Source: an uncultured virus (IMG/VR IMGVR_UViG_3300030294_000815) (Duplodnaviria; Heunggongvirae; Uroviricota; Caudoviricetes). From it: a stretch of DNA of 20,000 bases. A program made the position numbers and the translations under genes. The stretch lies in IMG/VR virus record IMGVR_UViG_3300030294_000815; one strand, 5' to 3'. This document shows positions 1-7,619 of the stretch, piece by piece (positions within the stretch are counted from its first letter, which is position 1; each line of letters begins with the position of its first letter). The notes under the pieces are model-generated. The model was not told the DNA's origin. It worked only from the letters and a program-made list of their open reading frames with translations, and searched no databases.

Positions 1-2090
1 CAAGCGCCGCCCGGTCCGGATTGCTCCATTTTGTAAGTTAACCCGGTTCGCGAAGTACTTTCAGCGTTTACCTTTGAACCAAGTCCCGTAAACCGTATCA
101 TTTTTTCGATTAAAGCCGATTTACCTGTACCGGTATCGCCGAGAACCATCAACTCTAACCAGCCTCTTATTGGTAATGTGTCCCACGGAACCCGTAATCT
201 GAGTAACGAATGTTGTACTAAAAGCACCCCTAAGAGTGCTTCATCACGTTCTACTATATGGGTCACATTATAGGTTAGGTCTTTACAGAGCTGTTGGACT
301 TGCTTGTCGATTGCTCCCGGGCTATAATCGCCACGCCACCCATTTTCTTTACTTTCCGGTAAATTTCTCCCGGGAATAAATATGCCCAGTTCGGCTTTGA
401 TTTCATCGGTAAGACGAAAGCTTTCAACCACATCTTGCAGCGGTTTAGCACTCTTGAGCAGAATGGTTCCTTCCTGATTTTTCGGATGGGGATAAACCCA
501 ACCACAGATTTCGTAGTATTTATTTTCATCAATATTCAACTCCCCAAGGCTGTAGATTCTGCGCAAAACGTACCTTCCGGCCTTTTCGTCTTGTTTTTCT
601 TCGGTTTCTGCCATCGGTATAACCAGCAATTCGTCTACGTTTACATTTTCTAAAACGTCCATATTAAACCGGGCGCAACTTGGAATTTCTGATATTGTGC
701 GTAAAAGCGTTTGAATTTGTTCATCTGTGCTGCCTGTCATCTGAATGAGTTCCCTATTTTTCCCGCCTAGGTTTTTATAGCCTATATGCGTTGGAAGTTC
801 AAACAAAGGACACGTTTTCTTTTTACAGGTTTTATAGCCCCAACAAACATACTCTATGCGCTTCGGGATAATGAAAGGCGTTTGTTTCTTCCCGGCTATC
901 ATGACACGAGTTTTGATCAATTTTCCGTTTAAAGCTGCCTGTCCGGTTTCTGACAAATGATACGTCTTAATTTCTGCTTGTTCTTCCTTGTCCATGATGC
1001 ACGGACAAAGTTCACCGGAGCACTTAACGCGGTCATAATCTTTTTGGCCAACAGTACGTTCACCATGCAGACTGCGTATAAATGCACACCCAAATCTGTA
1101 CTCATTGTCCTTAGCAAAAATGGCGCTGACTACAGAACGCGTGTTTGCAATACGTTGCTCTTTTTGGTAGCCGTTTGCTGCACTCGTGAAGCGTAATACC
1201 CAGTCTTCCAAAGTTGACAATGTTTCTTCTTTTGTGTAATTTGCGTCTTTAAAAAAGCAAGCAAGCTGAACGGTAGCCGAATTGCGGTCGCCTTGTTTCT
1301 TCCAGCCATTTTTCAAAAGGTCTTCAACGCAAGCCGGGTACTGATCTTTATAAAAGCTGTAGTTTACGTTGTCATAACGCGGTGAAGTTGTTACAGCTAT
1401 TTGCTCATATTCGGTTTGCTTGTCTTTGAAAAAGTATGCAGCTTTGGGACGCGCATTAATTGACGATATGTCTTCCGGGAATACATCACGTGGCGTACTT
1501 GCTATTGCCTTTATTTCTTCAAGTGATAAGGTATGCAGCTCTTTTAAAGTTAGCTGCGTTTTATACAGCTTTGTTTTTTCATGTACCGAGTTCGGCAATC
1601 GAATCATGCGCTTTATCGTATAGACAACGAGGTCTAACGCAGTTAAAGTCAAACGATAAACGAGATAGCTTGCAACATGTTTCATGATCTTGTGCAGGTC
1701 GCCGCATGGTTCTATACCTAATGACTTCTCGTGCATAAAAACGTGAAAGCCTTTGGAACCCGAAAAAAATATCTTTATGTCCTGTTCTTTTACGTCAAGT
1801 TCATTCATGAAGAAATCGACAACTTTCACAGCGTCTTCTTGACTCTTTGCAGGGTTCTCAGCATCGTCAAAGTCGAAATATAAAGGCGAGATAAAATTCT
1901 CGCCTTTAACTTCCATCGGGTTTGCAAATTTTTGAACTGTAGCAAATACACTAAAGTTCTTCGCTTCTTTTTGTTGATACTCAGAAACACGATCAATTTG
2001 TATCCGTTTCCAGCTCTTCCGGTGCTCGCCCTGTACACTATGCCAACATTCTACAAAAATGAAATCTTCGATTGTTACCTCTTTGGACAT
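1..2090 (-). CDS. AEP primase - PriL-CTD-like - MCM helicase fusion (3' end cut by the window edge; >696 aa)
   Basis: Translated by hand from ATG 2090 (RBS AGGAGG at 2099-2104): MSKEVTIEDFIFVECW... AEP motifs YFDFDD (1863-1880), FSGSKGFH (1743-1766), RLPNS (1587-1601). Cys cluster YPAC...FGC...KCSGELCPC (999-1331). Zn-finger-like C-x5-C-x4-C...C (675-845). MCM-type Walker A GDTGTGKS (117-140) followed by STSRTGLT. Frame is open to position 1, which explains its absence from the ORF track. Confidence 0.9.
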   Translation of the reverse strand, partial: MSKEVTIEDFIFVECWHSVQGEHRKSWKRIQIDRVSEYQQKEAKNFSVFATVQKFANPMEVKGENFISPLYFDFDDAENPAKSQEDAVKVVDFFMNELDVKEQDIKIFFSGSKGFHVFMHEKSLGIEPCGDLHKIMKHVASYLVYRLTLTALDLVVYTIKRMIRLPNSVHEKTKLYKTQLTLKELHTLSLEEIKAIASTPRDVFPEDISSINARPKAAYFFKDKQTEYEQIAVTTSPRYDNVNYSFYKDQYPACVEDLLKNGWKKQGDRNSATVQLACFFKDANYTKEETLSTLEDWVLRFTSAANGYQKEQRIANTRSVVSAIFAKDNEYRFGCAFIRSLHGERTVGQKDYDRVKCSGELCPCIMDKEEQAEIKTYHLSETGQAALNGKLIKTRVMIAGKKQTPFIIPKRIEYVCWGYKTCKKKTCPLFELPTHIGYKNLGGKNRELIQMTGSTDEQIQTLLRTISEIPSCARFNMDVLENVNVDELLVIPMAETEEKQDEKAGRYVLRRIYSLGELNIDENKYYEICGWVYPHPKNQEGTILLKSAKPLQDVVESFRLTDEIKAELGIFIPGRNLPESKENGWRGDYSPGAIDKQVQQLCKDLTYNVTHIVERDEALLGVLLVQHSLLRLRVPWDTLPIRGWLELMVLGDTGTGKSALIEKMIRFTGLGSKVNAESTSRTGLTYKMEQSGPGGA

Positions 2091-2108
2091 AGTGGAATCC
2101 TCCTAAAC

Positions 2109-2849
2109 TTATGCTTCGATACCGAAATCTGCCGGGTTAAACATTGCTACAGCTTCAAATACATACGCGAGATACGTGTCACTGCCCGAGCCTTTTTCTT
2201 CTTTGTTTGTAATGCGTGTAATAACTGCATTAATGCCTGTATGTTTTGGAATACTTTTTGATTTGTCGCCTTTAAATAAACGTGAAGCATATTGCCCAAA
2301 GCTGTAAGCACCTGTTTGCGGAAAGAATAAAATGTAGATAGCCGGGTCTTCTTTGATTGAGTCAACGAGCACGGTATAAGCAGCGTAATTGATTTTAATG
2401 TCTACAATTGAATAACGTTCGGAAGCTCCTGGAACAGCTTCAAAGTATTCAGTGAGTTTTTGTGCAGCTTCTTCTTGTGTCTTTTCAGCAACAATAATTT
2501 GACCGTCTTCCGGTGAGCCTTTAACGCCCCACAACATATAGCGTGTTTCGCCTTTTGCTATAACCACATCGAGTGTATCCCCAAATTCAACGGTTTCATC
2601 ATTACGGAGCACGAACACACCTTTTTTGTTCATTTTCAAGGATTCGCCCATTCTCACAAAATCAAAATCCATGTCGGCATTTACAGCTTTGAAGGCTTCT
2701 TGTTCGGCTTTCATGATCTGCGCTACGTAACTTGTTGTCTGCGCCGGAGTTGCGACCACCTGATTATTTACTGTTGCTACCTCAGCTTTTGGTGCTGTGT
2801 TCGTACCCTCAGTTGTTGGTTTTACTACGGTTTCTTTTGCAATTGCCAT
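2109..2849 (-). CDS. Phage protein, possibly ssDNA-binding/replication accessory
   Basis: 246-aa ORF with strong RBS (AGGAGG); low-complexity N-terminus and beta-rich aromatic core; directly upstream of the primase-helicase. Function is inferred from position only. Confidence 0.6.
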   Translation of the reverse strand: MAIAKETVVKPTTEGTNTAPKAEVATVNNQVVATPAQTTSYVAQIMKAEQEAFKAVNADMDFDFVRMGESLKMNKKGVFVLRNDETVEFGDTLDVVIAKGETRYMLWGVKGSPEDGQIIVAEKTQEEAAQKLTEYFEAVPGASERYSIVDIKINYAAYTVLVDSIKEDPAIYILFFPQTGAYSFGQYASRLFKGDKSKSIPKHTGINAVITRITNKEEKGSGSDTYLAYVFEAVAMFNPADFGIEA

Positions 2850-2898
2850 TTGTATAATTCCTCCTGTTTTGTACTTATTTTGTCTAATTCATAGGCAT

Positions 2899-3048
2899 AC
2901 GTGGTCCCGGGAGTCTAACCCGGCACAAGTGCTCTTTATTGTTTTAAAAGAACGCCATAGGTTTATCACTTGTTACCCGCTTGCGACTACGGTGCGTGTT
3001 ACTCCTGAATTTAATCAAAGGTCATATCCTCGCCACGCCGAACCACGT
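2899..3048 (-). ncRNA. Putative structured tRNA-like RNA, about 150 nt
   Basis: Minus-strand pairings: ACGTGGTT(3048-3041)/GACCACGT(2906-2899); GCGTG(3038-3034)/CACGC(2998-2994); short ACCGT...GCGGGT arm (2993-2975); ACAAGTG(2973-2967)/CACTTGT(2931-2925); T-arm CCGGG-TTAGACT-CCCGG (2923-2907). Confidence 0.65.
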
Positions 3049-3050
3049 CA

Positions 3051-3593
3051 TTACTTCTTATCAATAAAAGTAGCTGTAAGGTCAGCAATATGCAATTTAA
3101 CAGCTAACGGATATTTGTCAAACGCTTGTGTTATAGCGTATTTTCCACTTGCCTCACTCGCGTCGCTAGTCCCCATATGCCAACGAATTGCGGCTGCCTC
3201 TTCATCTGTGACATTAAAGAATTTTGTTACAAGGTAAAGTGATTTTTCACCGTGACCCATCGGGAGTTGATCTTCTATAGCATAGTAAGGAACTTGCTGC
3301 CAATGTCCGTCTTCGTCTTTAACATTACGTGATGATATTATATAGAAATTTTCCTTACAAATATCATGCACAAGAGCAACAAATTGTGCTGATTCTGTCT
3401 GTTCCATATGCGACGCTACAGCTAATGAGTGCGCGCATAAGCCTCCTTTTTCTGCACCGTGATACTTTGTTGAGGCAGGTGCTTCAAAGAAGTCTGTGCC
3501 TTCGAGCCATTGCATAAACTTTTCGTTCATGCCATTACGGCTCAATTCGCTAATAAAACGGACACGATTAGCATAAATCTCTTTTTCTGTCAT
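3051..3593 (-). CDS. HD-domain phosphohydrolase (phage YhaM-like HD family)
   Basis: APASTKYHGA-x2-GGL-x2-HS, LVHDICK, GHGEKS, IRWHMG and LHIAD motifs. Confidence 0.9.
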   Translation of the reverse strand: MTEKEIYANRVRFISELSRNGMNEKFMQWLEGTDFFEAPASTKYHGAEKGGLCAHSLAVASHMEQTESAQFVALVHDICKENFYIISSRNVKDEDGHWQQVPYYAIEDQLPMGHGEKSLYLVTKFFNVTDEEAAAIRWHMGTSDASEASGKYAITQAFDKYPLAVKLHIADLTATFIDKK

Positions 3594-3808
3594 GCAGTAA
3601 CCTTCTTCCCTCTTAGGCGATCAAACTTCAATTTATTTTTGAAACATAATGCGCAGTAATATTCGCCTTCATAAGCGTACAACGTCACACCGTTAAACTT
3701 TCCTGTGGTATGTGCACCACAAGCCGTGCATTTCTGCAATCCTCTAGCATTTGCGAAACGTTTCATCAATTTGCGCTGTTTGCCTGTTTCATTTTTAAAC
3801 TTGTCCAT
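3590..3808 (-). CDS. Small zinc-finger protein
   Basis: 72 aa with CTAC...CALC; RBS AAGGAG upstream; 4-bp overlap with the HD gene. Confidence 0.75.
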   Translation of the reverse strand: MDKFKNETGKQRKLMKRFANARGLQKCTACGAHTTGKFNGVTLYAYEGEYYCALCFKNKLKFDRLRGKKVTA

Positions 3809-3820
3809 TGCATTCTCCTT

Positions 3821-3840
3821 TTGTACATAATTTGTACAAT
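3821..3840. promoter_or_regulatory. Operator-like site TTGTACATAATTTGTACAAT (internal copy)
   Basis: Exact 20-bp identity with 11668-11687; TGTACA-N5-TGTACA; lies in the short gap between the helicase stop and the RBS of the Zn-finger gene. Confidence 0.75.
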
Positions 3841-3846
3841 TTATTT

Positions 3847-5532
3847 TTAATATTTAAGACCTTCGAGTAATTTACAAAGGTCTTCTTGCGTAGTTCGTTC
3901 TTTTTTAGGACATTTCAAACCTAATCTTGTATAAACAGTTCTTCTTGACGAGTACTGTGATTTTAAAACACCGACTTTATAATCTACGTAATCCCACCAA
4001 GTGGCTATTTTATTAGGGTTTTTCGGGTCGCTTCGCATGATACGACCGATTGCCTGTTCTACTGAAGCACCATTTTTACCGCCGGCCGCGTCACCACGCT
4101 TCGGTGTTGTCAAATGTCCATGCTGTAGAAAGGGAAGGTCTAAGCCCTCTTGTACAAGTTGTCCGGTGGCAATTAAAATATCAATACAACCTTTGTTTGC
4201 TCTATCCATAATATCTGCACGTCGCACTTTTGAAATGTCCCATGCTTTGAATTCTTCCGCGGTATACTGACTCGCCCTGATTTTCCAGCGTCTTGCACTT
4301 TTATCGTACTTACATTCGACAGCTTTTCCCATTTCGACAAGCTTTTTCGCCTCCTTTTCACTACTACATACAATCCAACTCAGTCGTTGCAGTGGACCAT
4401 GTACTACAGCTATGCGCGGTACTTGTTTTCCTTTTTTTGTGTACTCTTCTCGTATACACTTTTCAAGTTTATGGCAATACGGCTTGCTATCTGCTATAAC
4501 AAGCTGATAGCCTTTTTGCTCAGAAACCGTTTGAGCAATAAGTTCGGCTCGTTCATCGTCCGCAATTAGCTTGTCTAATAGTTCCCGGTAGTCAAGCTGC
4601 TCGCCGCCCGCATCGACTGAATTAATTGCATTTCGAATTGAGGCTTGTTCGTAACTAAATTCCGTAAAAATGAACCTAATTTCCGGCTTTACGAGTTTTC
4701 CTGTTTCGTATAAATCTGCACGAGATAGCTCATAAAGTTTAGGTCCAACACCCATATACATATACATTTCAAGACCATCTTTACGGTCAGGCGTTGCCGT
4801 AAGTCCTACAACTCTACACGCCTTTAGCTTACCTATTGTGTCTAAAAAAGACGTTGCAGGCAGGTGATGGCATTCATCTACAATAACAACACCTACTATC
4901 GCGTTAAGCTGTTCAATCAGATCAGGGCGCGATTGCAGTGTTTGCAACGAGGCTATGATAAGATTACCGTCGCCCCATGTACTTTTTCCACCGCCAAACA
5001 TTCCAATTTCACCAATGTCAGGCATATACTGCTTTGCCCGATCAGCCGCTTGCTTCATGAGATCGATCGTATGCGTGAGCCAAAGAGCTGTAACGATACT
5101 GTCATGAATGATACGAAGTCCGATTAACGTTTTACCGCCCCCGGCTGGTGCCACTATGCAGCCACTATTCCAAATGCCGTACTCTACAGCCTTTAATTGT
5201 TGCTCACGCGGTTCGTAACGCGGGTTCCATTTTCCGAAATTCGCACTACGGCCAAGTGTGACATCATCTGATTGACAGTATTTCATATCTTGATAGCCGT
5301 CTACAATAAGCTTCCATAGTCTGCCGTAGTAACCTCGTGGCAGGATGTATATGCCGCCCTCTTGACTGTATAGCTTTAACTTCGGGTCACAGCCCCATGT
5401 AGGCTGTCTACGCACTTTTCTTTTCTTATACTCAGGATTATCAATGGTCAAGTCTTTTGTGAACTGTAGCACGAGCGGAGCAGGCGCGCCACTGATTCTA
5501 ATGTTATTCGATACAATTACCTGCGTAGCCAT
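3847..5532 (-). CDS. SF2 DEAD/DEAH-box helicase (UvsW/ResIII/XPB-like)
   Basis: Motif I APAGGGKT, motif II IVDECHH, motif III GLTATPDR, motif V EGLDLP, motif VI QAIGRIMR. Confidence 0.93.
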   Translation of the reverse strand: MATQVIVSNNIRISGAPAPLVLQFTKDLTIDNPEYKKRKVRRQPTWGCDPKLKLYSQEGGIYILPRGYYGRLWKLIVDGYQDMKYCQSDDVTLGRSANFGKWNPRYEPREQQLKAVEYGIWNSGCIVAPAGGGKTLIGLRIIHDSIVTALWLTHTIDLMKQAADRAKQYMPDIGEIGMFGGGKSTWGDGNLIIASLQTLQSRPDLIEQLNAIVGVVIVDECHHLPATSFLDTIGKLKACRVVGLTATPDRKDGLEMYMYMGVGPKLYELSRADLYETGKLVKPEIRFIFTEFSYEQASIRNAINSVDAGGEQLDYRELLDKLIADDERAELIAQTVSEQKGYQLVIADSKPYCHKLEKCIREEYTKKGKQVPRIAVVHGPLQRLSWIVCSSEKEAKKLVEMGKAVECKYDKSARRWKIRASQYTAEEFKAWDISKVRRADIMDRANKGCIDILIATGQLVQEGLDLPFLQHGHLTTPKRGDAAGGKNGASVEQAIGRIMRSDPKNPNKIATWWDYVDYKVGVLKSQYSSRRTVYTRLGLKCPKKERTTQEDLCKLLEGLKY

Positions 5533-6062
5533 TCCCTCCCTTCGATGAATTTAACTAATGGCCGTAAGTCGTAAACATCGACTAAGAATTTCTCTTTCTC
5601 TTGGCAAGACGCTAACCGGGGTATTTCTACAGCCAGGCCTTCGTAAACCGCGTCGCTTATCTCCTTTATAGACAAGTACATTCGGTTTTTTCTTTCGCAC
5701 AAGTTCAGAAACGTACTGATTGCAATGGCATAAGCTGTATCGTAAGTGTCGTCTACAAAGGATACGAGCACCATTCCGAAGTTATTGCCGCCTGCGTGCA
5801 TAAAATCAATCAAGCCGCCAAGTTGGTTCGTTCGTAAATCGGATATGCACAACATTCCGTCAGCCTTACGCTTTAATTCGTTTAACAAGCGGTCTTCACT
5901 AAGAAGCACTATTTCGTCGGCAGGTCGGCTACCGCAGTCATCAGATATTCGCATACGCCAGCAATCCGGGATAAGCCGCCAGCTTGCTTTTATTTCATTT
6001 TGAAAGGCTTCGCCTCTTGCACGTTTCTCGTACTGTGACTCGGAACTGTGACTCGTTCTCAT
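5517..6062 (-). CDS. RecU-like PD-(D/E)XK nuclease / Holliday junction resolvase
   Basis: RGEAFQNEI...RPAD...NELK...LRTNQ pattern matches RecU-family motifs (RG-x2-[FL]-E, D, E-x-K, HQ-like). Confidence 0.7.
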   Translation of the reverse strand: MRTSHSSESQYEKRARGEAFQNEIKASWRLIPDCWRMRISDDCGSRPADEIVLLSEDRLLNELKRKADGMLCISDLRTNQLGGLIDFMHAGGNNFGMVLVSFVDDTYDTAYAIAISTFLNLCERKNRMYLSIKEISDAVYEGLAVEIPRLASCQEKEKFLVDVYDLRPLVKFIEGREWLRR

Positions 6063-6409
6063 TTTTCAACAACTTCTTTATACCCTGATCTCCAGCCTTC
6101 GCTTAAGCACACCTTCGGCGCTTTCAGAGTTTTTTGAGCGTAAATTTCAACATCAGCATACCAGTCTAATTCCTTTTGGGCCTCCTCAATGATCTGTTTT
6201 GTCATTTCCTGACTACTATCTGCACTAAGCTGTAATGTTGCAAGTAACGCCTTGCGTTTAGCTTCAAAGTCTTCTTTGTAATCTACAGGTTCTAAAGCTT
6301 CTAACGCAAGAACTTCTCCAGCTTGTTTTGCCGCCAATTTTTCAAGAACAACCTGTAATGGAACGCTAAACTCTGATTCATCAGGCATTGTGATTATTAC
6401 ATATTTCAT
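6059..6409 (-). CDS. Phage hypothetical protein
   Basis: 116-aa ORF with RBS (AGGAGG in the tail of the upstream gene); overlaps the next gene by 4 bp. Confidence 0.75.
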   Translation of the reverse strand: MKYVIITMPDESEFSVPLQVVLEKLAAKQAGEVLALEALEPVDYKEDFEAKRKALLATLQLSADSSQEMTKQIIEEAQKELDWYADVEIYAQKTLKAPKVCLSEGWRSGYKEVVEK

Positions 6410-6411
6410 AA

Positions 6412-6948
6412 TTATCGTCCTCCTAAAAATTCTAGTAACGCTGCTTGTAGCGTAGCTTTTTTCTGAGCGGATTCCGTAGCCAGTTTCAAGGCTTCTCTAT
6501 CCGTTCTTTCCTGCTGTATTTTTGCGTCAATTGCTTCTAGCTGACCCTCAACTCCAGCAAGTTCCGTGCGCTGTTTTGTCGTTTTAACCCGGCGGAACGC
6601 GTCGCGCTGTGTTTCATTTTTTAAAGTGACAAAATTAGGGTCTTCCATAATTGCCGACGCTTCAGCAAGTTTAATTTCTGTTTCCAGTTCCCGACGTCTT
6701 TTTAAAAGAGCGGGTTTTTCGTCGCCCTCATTACGAACTAACATAATTTCATTTGCTCCAACTTCAAGCATATCCATAGTATGTGTAAGACTTTCAACAC
6801 TTAAAATATCGGCGTACTTAGCTGGAATTTCGCGAAATGCTACAGGTTTACGAAATTCTGCCACAGCTTCTTTAATAACATTGCTAAAACTTTCTACCAC
6901 TGATTCTTCGCAGGCTAATTCATTTGGTTTTCCTTCGTTTTTTAACAT
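6412..6948 (-). CDS. Helical coiled-coil phage protein (possible recombination mediator)
   Basis: 178 aa, heptad-rich, central KNETQRDA segment; RBS AAGGGG upstream. Function is inferred from context. Confidence 0.65.
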   Translation of the reverse strand: MLKNEGKPNELACEESVVESFSNVIKEAVAEFRKPVAFREIPAKYADILSVESLTHTMDMLEVGANEIMLVRNEGDEKPALLKRRRELETEIKLAEASAIMEDPNFVTLKNETQRDAFRRVKTTKQRTELAGVEGQLEAIDAKIQQERTDREALKLATESAQKKATLQAALLEFLGGR

Positions 6949-7058
6949 GTTTTAAATCCCCTTTTATATGTTGATCGTTGATCGTTAATATGTTGTTCCG
7001 AACGGTCGTGCAATCCACACACACTCCGTTTATTGGTTATGATTCACGGGTAACACCT

Positions 7059-7619
7059 CTATTTGGTGTTTTCAGACATTTTCTGCATTGCTTTTAAAAT
7101 CACTTCTAAAGGTGACATTTGGCTTTCTGCGCCCTTCCTAAGCACAGCCTTTATATCGTCCTTACTTATGGGTACACCTTCATTTAATGCAGCAAGGTAC
7201 TTTTCATGATCTACGTGAACTCCCTGCATCATAGCATCTTGAATAAGCTTAGAAGGATCAACTGCGTATTTATCGACCAACTGTTTTAAAGTGGCTCCGT
7301 TTTCAAAAGCGTTAGCGCCAACACGCATAGCCCCTAGTGCTGCCGTAGTGGATAATTTTGGCGTTCTTACGCTAACCTGTGCTCCCTCGCGACTCGTAGG
7401 AAAACCGCCTTCTTTTATCTTTCTTAGTTCTTCGGAAAACTGAACGGCCACAGCTACTTCAGCAGGCGTCATTGTTGCCAGGATAGCTGCCGTAAGTTCC
7501 AGTTTTTCTGCTCTCGTTGTTTCTGCGTCAACCTGCGCGCCGCCTTTGCACATATGTGCTAGAATAAATGTTCCTGTTTCTACTTCTTTCTTAGTTCTGT
7601 CATTTTTAGCTTTTAACAT
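7059..7619 (-). CDS. Phage hypothetical protein
   Basis: 186-aa ORF overlapping the SbcD-like stop, RBS GGGAG upstream; no recognisable motif. Confidence 0.7.
   Translation of the reverse strand: MLKAKNDRTKKEVETGTFILAHMCKGGAQVDAETTRAEKLELTAAILATMTPAEVAVAVQFSEELRKIKEGGFPTSREGAQVSVRTPKLSTTAALGAMRVGANAFENGATLKQLVDKYAVDPSKLIQDAMMQGVHVDHEKYLAALNEGVPISKDDIKAVLRKGAESQMSPLEVILKAMQKMSENTK

Noticed and set aside
275..2261. Short track ORFs at 275-532, 435-653, 929-1117, 957-1196, 1420-1623, 1460-1687, 1826-2038 and 1932-2261
   Set aside because: All are off-frame or antisense shadows of the long primase-MCM frame (1-2090, minus) and lack recognisable motifs.
2899..3048. Calling the element a true tRNA, tRNA-Sec, tmRNA or terminator
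   Set aside because: No CCA, no 7-nt anticodon loop or UCA anticodon, oversized arms, too short for a full tmRNA, and the GC-rich hairpin has no following U-tract.
2797..3237. 146-aa plus-strand ORF spanning the structured gap
   Set aside because: Antisense to two well-supported genes, no clear RBS or motif; the gap is better explained by a minus-strand RNA structure.
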